Under the pieces are notes generated by a model. The model did not search any database, was not told the DNA's origin, and saw only the letters and a program-made list of their open reading frames with translations. Both the position numbers and the translations under genes were made by a program. Positions 24,606 to 36,426 of a stretch of 64,000 bases of DNA are shown piece by piece (within the stretch, counting starts at the first letter, position 1; every line of letters begins with the position of its first letter). The stretch spans positions 1 through 64,000 of the forward strand of contig KZ538137.1 of the NCBI GenBank assembly GCA_000934665.2. Reading direction: 5' to 3'. Source of the DNA: Catajapyx aquilonaris (Eukaryota).

Positions 24606-26487
24606 CCCCCTATCGGAGTTGGATCTACGGGTTGTGACACGTTTCAAGGTCATGAGGCCTGCACCGCTGTCGTTCTGTATCGACGGCCACACTTTATTGA
24701 ACCATGATTATGCACCAGAGGTGAACGTCGTTGCTCTGTGTAACCTATATTATGCGTATCGTCCCGATTATGTTGTCCAGCCAGTATTATTGTCTGCAGT
24801 TTGAAGCGGATCAGTTAGACGTTACTGGGCAGAAATAATGAGCAATTTGTGCATAGGCATGCAGCAGGTATATAGTCCTGTTACCTGATGGCTAATTACG
24901 AAAAAAATAAATAAGCGTATAACTATTTAACGGTATAGTCACTGCATTTGTTATTGCCCTGTTATCCCCAATTTAGCTGTACTGTACAATGTACATGAAG
25001 TTGAATAGCAACGTTGATCAAATACTAATTAATGCAAACAAGTCTGAGATAGTCTGCTTTATAGACCTAAGGCGAATGTGTGGGAATTTAATGGAGACAG
25101 TAATTGCACTTTGATGGTTCTAAGATAATCACCAGTTGCAGAAAGCCTGCACTTGCGTACACTTCATTTATGCAATGTAAATGACTGCCAGTCAGGCATA
25201 CTCTGCACAATGAGCTAAAGTCAACTGGATTTCGGGTTGTAATTATGTTCGAATAGATTTACATGAGGTAATACGATGTAATTAAATTTCAGTCCATTTT
25301 GTTCACTTGAGCGAGCGATTGGATGGGGGATGGAGGAAAGAGGACCTAGGCAGGGGGTTTTTTGTGTAAAGAATAAAGTTCAGTGCTATTTGGTGAAGCA
25401 GAGGTCGAGCAAACGCCTGCAGGCTATTGTCCCCGAGCTATATGCGTGGCCATTTTCAAATAATGATGTTTTATGGATAATTTTGACTGGATTTTCAGGC
25501 GAATTTTCATGTGCCGTTCTATGTAGCAACAGCTGCAGGGCCTAAATGTAATATGGTATGAATTAGTTCACATGTAAAATATCACAAAACAAATATTCCT
25601 TCAGAAACCATACACCCTTCACTTGGTTTCAGAGGCATTTCTGGACGTAATATTAAACTGGCACACGCTGAATAATTGTGATATCGTCTGGTTAATTTCA
25701 GTATTGATATAATAATAACCATAATGACAAGGACAACTCAAAGATGCACTGCCCCAGTTCAAGAGGATGAATTGTTTATATTTGCAACCAGTTCTAAAGA
25801 AAATAAACAAGTTGGACACAGCAATCAGGGTCAAAGTCACCTGTCAGGATTTCTGGTTCCCTGAAAACTTGTTGCTGGAATAAACAATCTTTAACTGGAA
25901 GCTTGGGATTGCACCTTTGCATAACTACCATTCATAATTACATCCTACCGTAAATTAAACTGGTATTTATTAACCTCTTGAACACTGTAACTGTTCCAGA
26001 AAGTAGCCTCCAGTGCACTGTATCTTGGTGCAACGTTTACTGATTGGGTACATCTCTTGAACGGGACTATCAATTACGCAATAATAATCCAAAACCCACG
26101 CCACCATACTTGCAGAAAGTCGTGACTCGCCTGAAATGTGAGGTGTTGTACTTGAACTGGCAACTAGGTCACAGGTTACTCGTACACCATAAGCCCCGTT
26201 GACCTAACGCCCCTTTTATTAATTTTCTAAGCTCATCTTGCTTTTTCTCCCTGGTTATTCAGTACAAGGTTAAATGAAATTCCTGACGAGTTGACTATAA
26301 TCTTATCTGAAAATTCAGAAGGCTAAAGTCTGACGTTCTCGGAATTCTTAAGGACATGATGGTCAAGAAGCAGGTCACGTCATGACCACCGAAACTACAT
26401 TGTTTGCGATCATGGCATCGTTATTGGGATTGTCACGCTCAAGCTTACAGCCATCTTTCAGGTTGTCATTTTTTGACGGGGATCACT

Positions 26488-26691
26488 ATGGACTTGGTGG
26501 AGAACCTTCCTGGGAGCACTCGAAAATCAACAAGTGCTGACGTTCGATTGGGAGCGACAAGCACCGCATGCCATGCTGGAAGTGTTCCACGAGTTTTGCC
26601 AGCTACCTCAACTGGGGTGGTCCATGAACGAGTTGCTTGTACTAATGCTTTTTTGAGAGGGGTAGGTCCATTAGACGACATGCTGATTAGG
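26488..26691 (+). CDS. Candidate upstream coding exon of gene B (68 codons, MDLVENLPG...DDMLIR)
   Basis: Acceptor CATCTTTCAG at 26461, ATG at 26488, and an open frame to the consensus donor AGG|GTAAGT in phase 0, in frame with exon 36427-36642. Confidence 0.4.
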
Positions 26692-27289
26692 GTAAGTGAA
26701 TAGCCTTCTATCAGCTACTGATGGCACCATTCCTAGAATCTTGACAAAAAAACCATATTCATTAATAATGAGGTGATTCAAAAATAAATTCAATCAAGAA
26801 TATTAATTCAGAAATTATTTAGAATATTCAAAGGATCATAGCTACTAATCTAGGTATTACCATCACTACACCTTTTCTGGTAGCAATCACCAAGTCGTGC
26901 AGGTCACGCCACTCCCAAGCAGTCCACAGCTTCCAAGAATGCCTCTATACACCCGATAGCCACCTCGATAATTATTCCGGCTCAATTATTCCGGCTGTAA
27001 CTCACGTCGTGGCATGTCGGAAGGATGTCTCTGGCACGAGAGAAAGAATGCAAGTCCTTGGGTGTTCCCTTCTAATCAGCTAATACTGTGTATATGCCAT
27101 CGAGAATCCCGGCGCCGGTCGTCCTTTGCCAGCACATATAGTTCCCAAGGGCGATTGGGCGTCTATCAAACGGCTGGCAAATGCAATATACATGGAGGTC
27201 GCCACCACCATGGAGCATCATATCGTGTGCTCTACCGTACATACCCCCATCCAAGCATTGATTTCAAAAGGAGGGGGGGGGGGGGGGGG

Positions 27290-27581
27290 NNNNNNNNNNN
27301 NNNNNNNNNNNNNNNNNNNNNNNNNNNNNNNNNNNNNNNNNNNNNNNNNNNNNNNNNNNNNNNNNNNNNNNNNNNNNNNNNNNNNNNNNNNNNNNNNNNN
27401 NNNNNNNNNNNNNNNNNNNNNNNNNNNNNNNNNNNNNNNNNNNNNNNNNNNNNNNNNNNNNNNNNNNNNNNNNNNNNNNNNNNNNNNNNNNNNNNNNNNN
27501 NNNNNNNNNNNNNNNNNNNNNNNNNNNNNNNNNNNNNNNNNNNNNNNNNNNNNNNNNNNNNNNNNNNNNNNNNNNNNNNNN
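27290..27581. other. Assembly gap (292 N) flanked by G runs
   Basis: Run of n; ORFs crossing it are artefacts. A single n also occurs at 28257. Confidence 1.
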
Positions 27582-30500
27582 GGGGGATGGCAAAAGAGGG
27601 GGAAGGAGGGGATTCTGCGTGACGTCAATGCGGAGCTCCCCTCCCTCCCCCTCCCCCTCCCCGAATCATGTGGGCTTGGAAATAGCCCCCGTTTTGTGGG
27701 GCCCAGCAGGCTCGTAAATTATACTGAGAGGAAGGCTCTCGAACAGGGGGCTTTTCAGGTGGCGGGGAAAAAAGTCACTGGGGGATGCCAATTCAACACG
27801 ATTGGGAGCCATCCTCCGGAAGTGTTCCTTTTCATACCTTGTATTAGCTGGATGGCACGAGGAAGGGATTTTCCAAGGGAATTTACAACTGACGGACTCG
27901 TATATAAATTGGGCGATTAGATGGGTGGGCCATGGGGTGAATAATGTAGCTCAGGGCATTAAGTGCTTTGCCACTGCTGCTGTGGGTTGGCTGTCAAATA
28001 ACTCGACAGATAGCTTAAAAATAGATTTGAAGAAACGGCAAGGGATGTTCGATAGAACGACATAGACTGTATATGAATAAGGCCGCAGCCCACTATGTAA
28101 CCACTCAGCTCGTACAGTACCGTATAAAAATTCAATTCACAACCGCTAGCATGTGCAACACATACTAAAATATAAAAAGGTACAGATATAGTCCACACAC
28201 ACGTGATCTCCCAGCAAATCAGCACGTGCTGCCGATCACGTTTCTACAAGATGTTCNAAAAAAAATATGCGGGCATAAAACAGACATAAACTTTAAAACT
28301 CCCTCCCCCTTCGCAAAAAAAAAAAAAGTCCTGCGGCATTTCTGACCGAACATTGCGGAAGAAAATTCCAGCGTGGGAGTCTTACAGATGATCCTCATCG
28401 CTCCTGCGCCCATGACACCCTCTTCTAACAACCCACCCCGATTGGTCTATCATCCCAATATATATATTTTTTTTCGGAAGTCAAGAAAGGAAGGCGGGAC
28501 CCCCCGGAAAAAAGGACCCTTATTTCCAAAACTGACAGTTCTCGAAGTACAGGCGCTGCAGGGCTGCTGGCCCACACACACAGACGCCGGGGACGCTCCA
28601 GACGCCCCACTCCTGCTTGGGAACAATTGCTGGTAAGCATACCACTGAATGTATGCAACCTGTGTGTGTTGTGTGTTGCATCCTTCAGGATACCACTGCA
28701 CTATAAGTCAACAAGCACATTAGAAAAAAAAATTACCATAAAAAATATACATACTCAAACCAATAAAAAAAATTAACCAAAACTATTTAATCTGAATATT
28801 TCTGCATGTAAAATTACTCATTGTTATGCCCACTTTTTTTTTGTAATTAATTCGTGTTTCATGGTATGAGCGAAAACGCGCGAATTAGCGTTCCACCAAT
28901 TTAAAGGCGTGTCGTGGGTTATGCGTCTTCATTAGGATGCACAGAGTGGATGTTTTTGGAGGGGAAACTTTCCGGATAAATTCTGATTACCAGATCAAAA
29001 GGGGGGCATGTTAATTTCATTTCGAGTGAAAAAATCATGAGCGGAGGCTGAATTTCGGAGATACCGCCAGATCAATAGTTTTCCACAGGTCGCGACATCA
29101 CCATTTTTTGGGCTCTCTCACCACTGCGTGTTCCTTTTCTCTATTCGCTCATAGACTTAATTTGAATCTAATTTTTGTGCAAACGGAGAGTAATGCGCTT
29201 TATGGAAATTGGTGTAATATTACATAAGTGTTGGAATTTCAAATACTATAACTGGTGTTTTCCTCATTTCTGTACCTATAACAAAGCTAGTGTTTTGATG
29301 CCCTTCCAAAACTCATAAGTGTAAAACAGTGCAAATGCGCATTCCACTTCCACACCCTCTAGCTCCGACAGGATCTTTAATATTGGTCTCTATTAGCTGA
29401 GTGATCACCTTGAGCTAAACCGTTTTACTGCCTGAAAAATCCTTGAAATTGCCGACAACATACCCATTTCCTGACCTGCTGACCTCCCGTGAGAAAGGGG
29501 TTGTGCGAATCTCAACAATTTTGCACCGCATCCAAGCTTTCTACAAACCACAGCAGAAAAGTAATTTTTAACAAATTTATACAAATTTTAATATTAAATT
29601 ACCATTAAACTCGCCCGTAATGGTAAAAAAGCCGTCTATATACCCATGTAATTATAATATGGTCCCAACTTTCGCATTATGTGGGCTCGGTTACATGTCC
29701 AGTTTTATGGGAAAAGTTCGGTCAAAATTTTTGGGGGGGACCTGCACCAGCTTTAATAACCCACAGAACGGAAGCTGAGTTGATGAAAGCGCAACTCTGT
29801 GTAATATAGTAGGCGAACATTGATGAAGTCTAGCTGGGGAAAATAGATGATTCTCAAGGCGTCCCCATGCCGTCTGTTGGAAACTAGTTTCTATTACAGT
29901 TCCACTGTGCGAAACAACTCAAGTGACTAGCTCTAAATTATATTCATACTTTTTTGTGTGTGTCATTTGGTTTGCACGGCATCCACTTTTTGTCGTGTAA
30001 CAGTACATTGGATCATGTGACCACTTTACTGGTACTTACATTTATGGGGTGGGTAATAAGACTGCGATCAGTAATAATTAACGGGGAATTGCAGGCAGCC
30101 GGTAGCTAGGGCAGGGTCGTATTTATTAGAGGGTGTGTTTGAACTGAAACCCACCCCGCCCACTCTCTCACCAAAACTTACACGCTAATTATTAATTTAT
30201 AAAAACTTTAATTTGTCGTATTCTTCAAAACGGCCGCCCGACCCAAGTGATCAAATCTTAATGGGTTGTCCAGAATAGGCAAAACACTAGTAAAACCTAG
30301 CAAAAACGTGACCTTGCGGTATGCTATCAAAGAGATGACCTCCATTTTACGCTAGACATACCGCCATCACCCTAGTTATGCCTATAAAGATTAATAGAAG
30401 CTTGTCTGCAACATGTCACATAAATCACGGCCTCATTAATTAAGCCTGACCTGAAGGCAGTCGGGGCATGCAAGGTTGCATACCTTTGAGAGACCGCACG

Positions 30501-33500
30501 GTTTCATTTCTACGCTTCATTTTAAAAAGCGCTTCTGCAACTCCTATGAGAATAGTCCACAGGCACGCCTATTACAATAGACGCTTCACCTGGAGGCCTG
30601 GAGTCGCCAGGAGCAACGGTGCATTCATTCGTACCGATATCAATTGTTCGTACATGCAGACAACTCGCTGCACCGAATACACTGCACATATTTCCCAAGA
30701 AATACAGCGTACTTGTGCAATGTTCGAATATTTCAAAAAAAAAAGGGAATCCTTTGAACTCCCTAATTACGAACCCTCTTAGCAAGGCACTGGATTAATC
30801 GCACGCCCTTGATTCTGAAACCCCTGCATTTTGGCTCACATTGTCCTGCATTATTAATGTAAAATGAATCATTCATGCCAAGCTAATGAAGAGCACTCGT
30901 TAATTAAACGGTTAAGTTGAAAAACTATTCCACCTCCGCGTTCTCCGCTTCTAAAAAGCGTCTACGTTAACAAGCCAATAATCAACTCTTTTTTTTATCA
31001 CACCTAAACGACACGCGGCTCCATAATAATATTCCATCAACGCCCAACGAAGAAAAGGACCCGGAATTGCGATAACTGTCGCCAATAATTACAAGGGGGG
31101 GTTGACACGCTGACATTTACCACCACTTCGTTATTAAAAACGACTTCCCGTTTCCTGGTGGCCTCGTTTCCGATTCCGACGGACCGTAGTCATTTTCGTA
31201 ATTGATACGGTCAGAGGATCGATTTGCGTGTGTGACCTGGCAATTTGCACGTTAACCGACCCGGCTTGTTGGTTCATGTGTGGCTGCTGATGTCGTCGTG
31301 TCCACGGCGCATAAAATCATTGGCCGCCACAATCGCTTGTTTATTCATGTGTTGCTAGTTCCTATTCACCTCCAAACCTTGTAGCTGATGCCTTTTAAAC
31401 GTGATGAATCGATGTGAACTAATTTTTTTCGCACTTTGTGGTGAGTGAACATAAAAAGGTTGCACTGTGTCATGTGCGATTAGTGTGGCACGGAATTAAA
31501 ATAATTAAATATTGTTTAATCCTAGTTCTTTAGGTGATTAGGTTATGCTTGGGTGGATTAGAGTCGAGGCTTGGATGGTTAATCCGGGACAATCCTTCAA
31601 TTTGAATAAATGTTCTAGTGCAGACTACCGACAAGGGCTTTGGCAATTGGAGTGCTCGCGTTCTAGAAGTGACACCCTTGCTGGTTGACTTATTCTGTGT
31701 GACACATGGATTTTCAATGACACAATCACCATCAGTTGCAGAATCACAATATTAGTTCAGATTTGCGGCGTGAAACGATTACATTTCAATGAAAGAATTT
31801 TCGTCAGTTGACTTCGGTGACATCAAAATTCTCTCCCTACAGAGACCATGGTGCACTGCAGGATACCTGTCACTTATCATTTATCTCAACTCCTCCATGC
31901 AAAGTGGCCTTATCTCCACAAGGGAACTTCCATGTTTTGACTACTGCATACAAATAGGACCTAATCCCCAGCTTACTTTTTGCACCGCACCGCAACGTTA
32001 TGTATAACAATTTTGTGATCATCGGCTATGCATCTATCGACAAGAAAAATATTAATCCCTTAAGCAATAGTTCGATCTGAGTATTGGCCTTATTTGAATA
32101 TTGGAAGATGCGTATTTTCAGAATTTCGATTTAAACAAATTACGTAACATGAATATACGCCATCACGATCCCAAAAACTAGTGTTCGAAAAAAAATGCCC
32201 TTTAGGGACGAACTTTGGCACTCAATACGACCAGACCAAATTGAAAGTTGGGAGACAACCAAAATGGGACCGTTTGCGACTTTTCAACGGAAACGACGCA
32301 ATGTAAGGTTGTTGCTACACTTTTTTTTGCGCGCAATCGTAGTGATTGAAACCTCTCTCGCTCAATTTTTCATGGTTGTTGTAAGGCCGCTACACCGGAT
32401 GTAAGCCCTACAGCCTCGTGGGGGCTCCGAAACTTCCAGGCAAAAACTCGACCCGTCAATAACAGCAATTCTATCAAAACCTTCAAGCTCTATCCTAGCC
32501 CATTTATCACCGGATTATGTAACATTCGCCTTTCAGATGTCTTTTTATGCCGGGAACGTGGTGCAGTACAGGGTACAATCCGCATTGTGACGCCGTACCA
32601 CAGTAACTGGCAATATTACTTAAAATTTATTTTTAATAAATATTTATGAGTTATTTATACTGTGAGGATGGTAACTATAGTTTCTATATTTTCATGATTT
32701 GGAAGTACAATATAGGGGTAAAGCTCAGTGGTGTATATTGCACCGACATACTGTATGGTTGTGGCCACAAAGGGACGGAGTCACGGCGAATTTAATTACA
32801 GCACCGGACTACCGGTGCTTAATTGAATTTTTAAAACCCTGACACATGTGAAGCTAGGTGAGGAGGGCAAAGGGAAGTGCAGAGGTTACTCGTGGCAGGT
32901 GGACCGTGACGTGCTGTACAAATGATGAGGGCACCGGTACTTTGAACACCTTCGTCACTTATTTACAAGCAGTCGAAAGGTCAATACTGCAGGTGCAGTA
33001 CATTACAATTAGTACAAGGTTTCATAACACATGTAATGAGTGGTACTGTAATAATTAATTTGCATCAGCGTAGTTTTTTAAAAAAGGCAGTTTCTGGCAA
33101 TGTTCCCACCAATTTTTTTTTTTAAACCGAAAAGGTTCTGCACTATTCAGCTGGATCCTGTAGTTCGACTGCAGTTTGCCATAATTTAAACATTTTTACA
33201 AATCTGGCATATTATGCATGAGGCCAGATGTCACATCCATTACTCCATTAAATCATAGTCCTGTTAGATCGGCACTGTAACCACCAGAGATTAATCATAT
33301 GAATATGACGTTACACTAGCATTAAAAATGCAACATTCTCACCACCACATTTATGAGCAACAAAGGATTTATAGCAGCCACTTTTTTTAAATTCTGGAAG
33401 AAAATTTTTAAAAACAAGGCTCGTCACTGTTGCGCCCGGTGGTCCGCCCTCAGTAAATTGCCCTTTTGAAATATATTTGAAAAAGTTTGTCAACCCACAA

Positions 33501-34163
33501 TTCCTCTCAAAATGTTACAAGATTGGCTCCCAAAATATGCAAAACAACACAGCAATTTGTTGAATCTTCTCTCATCCCAAAGCAATAGGGAAATGCCCGT
33601 TTCGGACTCTGAACAAAAGTCATCCCCTACCAGGCAACCGTGAAATAGTATTTTCTCCCCCCCTTCTTGTATCTTATGTCACACCCCTTATTCAGGATCG
33701 ATGTGAAGTCCGGTACAGCAACAGGAGGTGGCGCACCCCGTAACCCACACCCCCTATAAAAAAGCAGGTCTGCGGTGGGTGTACCCCCGAAAGATGGTAT
33801 CGAAAGACAGGTTGCAACACTGCACTCACCTGGCAGGTGAGCGGCGGCGCAGCAAGCCCAGGAAAGAAAGAGGGAGGTAGAGGCACAAAAAAAACCAGGA
33901 GTGCAGAAGGAGTCAAGAGAGGGGCTTTGTCCGGAGCAAGTGTTGCTGCCATGACGCTCCGAATTGTACAAGTGTCGTAGTGTCAAAAAGTGTGATGGCG
34001 CGACAGGTAGCGCAAAGGAGGAAGCAGCAAAGGAGGTCCACCCAGGTCAGCATAACCAGTGACCTCCCATAATTTTTTTTCCGTGGTAATCGATCAGACT
34101 ACCTGGATTGCCAAAATTTGATGTAGATACCGCGCGGATAGGGACTGACAAAAATTGCGTAAG

Positions 34164-34229
34164 CCCCCTTTCTATCCCGGACCATAGTAGGAAGGTTGCT
34201 GCCTACTATGGTCCGGGATAGAAAGGGGG
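34164..34229. repeat. Perfect 28-bp inverted repeat with a 10-nt loop
   Basis: CCCCCTTTCTATCCCGGACCATAGTAGG-aaggttgctg-CCTACTATGGTCCGGGATAGAAAGGGGG. Confidence 0.95.
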
Positions 34230-35407
34230 GCGACCATGCTCATTTCACTTATATTTTCGCCATAAACCACTTCCCCACGTGGTGCCAATATGTCGTTCAT
34301 GTGAACTCGGTGTGGTCAACCTTTTTTTTCTATTCTTGCGGTTTTTATTATTCGGAACCAAAATGGCTATTTTTGTCGCATGACTTGCGAGAGATTTTTG
34401 TTCAATTATTTTTTACGTTCTATATGGAAGTGGTTTGAGATTTCGGAGTGGTAGAGGGGCGGGGTTGGACTTGAATCGATTGTTACGTCATGTTCCAATT
34501 TACGTGATACTGACGATACAAGGTGGTCCAGAACTTTCCAATTCGTGAGTTACGAGCCAATTTTACATTCGCGCTTTCTCTTTCAATGTCCTATTGTCAC
34601 ATATAGTATACAATATTGCAGCGAATTTTCCGTAATACACTGTAAAAAAATAGCCAAATGAATGACACATGTTGTGCAGGTGTTGAACACAAAAGGCTAG
34701 ATAATGCAAATGATCATCGATGACCGACTGTATATATGCCAAACCAGTGTGTGAATCACGCCCTTCGTGATGTCCCATGAATAACCCTCAACAGCCGACA
34801 AACATGTGCATTCATTTAACCCGCATTTTATAATTCCGTCCCCTTCAACGGAACAATAGTGAGAAAATCGCAACTGCAATACGCCCATTTCAAGTACACA
34901 CGTCAAGGGAACAGATAAGGGCATAGGTATGTGGCAAATATGGGCACGATAAGCGGTAACTTCGCATCTGTAAACTATGCACATGTTTGTTTTGCAAATT
35001 TTTTTAAAAGTTGGGTGTTATGATGCGATTTTTTTAGCAATTGCAAATTTTTTTATTTATACTTCAGTTGTGAGTAATCAGAAGGGCAAGGTAAGGGTCA
35101 CCTAAAAACTGCTGGCTGGTAATAATAACTCGTCACTGAGCAAAATGAGCGAAACAAGAGGTCATTGGGATGAGGAAGCTCCGGACCAATACCCATCAAA
35201 GACCTTGAAACCACGAAACGATCCATTAAAAAAAAAAAAACTCAAAAAAGAGCCACAAGAAAGTGAGGTTCTGTAAGGAAAAAAAAAGTTACACCGTTGC
35301 CACATGGTGCACAGGTGTGAAAGCACAAGTGTCCCTCGGCAACGTTGTTGATGGAGGTTTAGGTGGATGACCTCGGCCGCTGGTCGCCGCCGTTGCCAAA
35401 GTTTGCC

Positions 35408-35594
35408 TTTAAAACAACTCCACCTTCTTCTCTCGCTCAGTTCCAGTCACTTTCCCCCACGTGACGTCAGGGTCACCGGAGGTCGCAGAAACAGCAGTCA
35501 TCCGAAAGGAGATTAAAGGGCGGGGCAGCGCAAATACACACTCAAGGACTTGGTTCACTTGCACAGTCCTTGGCCCCTCGGGGGGGCTCCCCAG
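35408..35594 (+). promoter_or_regulatory. Candidate proximal promoter and non-coding first exon of gene B
   Basis: TATA-like TTTAAAA (35408) lies about 31 nt before Inr TCAGTT (35437). An overlapping E-box/CRE CACGTGACGTCA sits at 35458-35469, followed by a GC box GGGCGGGG and the donor CAG|GTGAAT at about 35595. Confidence 0.45.
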
Positions 35595-36426
35595 GTGAAT
35601 CGTTACAATATATTACACTGCGAATATTATTAAATCATATGCTACCGAGCACATGTGGCCGATTCCGGGAAAACCCGCTGCAAGATTGAAACTTATATTT
35701 AAAATGAGTAGTAAATTACCATCATAATTGTGCATAAAATCATATTTCTCCCCTTGATAAAACACTGAATTAGCAGCAAAATTAACTATTATTCCAGTGG
35801 ATGATATAGGGATGAATTTGAGGTCAATCAAATAATTTTAATGAATTACTTTAGGTATTGGGACCGACAGGATGATGTCATTATATGTTGCGAGCCTTGT
35901 AATATCATAGCGGCCGTAATGGGATGGACAAAGTGTGCCAATAGCACATCAGCAGGCTACAGTACACCCACCGGAATAGACTGACAAGATAATCTAATTC
36001 ATTCGTGTCCGTCTTTCCGTCTGACATGCAAGGCAGCTCCAGGAAATTTAAATCCAACTGTACAATTATCGTGGTACCACATGGGACTTTTAACAGCAGT
36101 TGTGACGAACATTTGGCACTATTTCTACTAGGGAAATTTTGCCAAAAATTTTGGTGCTACGTAGGTGCTATACATGTGCTGCCTGCCCACGCCGCAACCT
36201 GTGCATTGTTATTCCCTCACAATAATGCGGAAAGAGCTGCAACACAGCCTTGGGTCCATCCGCCTTGTACCGCGTCACCTACCTATACACACATGCACCC
36301 AGACTGGCTGCAAATGGGTGGTAAAAGTCATCCAATCAGGCTGATCTGACATAACTGTCCATGGCGACTGGTGTCCGTTGCCAGCTGCCGGTACTGTAAC
36401 GGTGATAACAAGTGTGTTTCTTACAG

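Noticed and set aside
27014..27920. Long ORFs of 109-264 aa
   Set aside because: They are open only because they cross the N gap.
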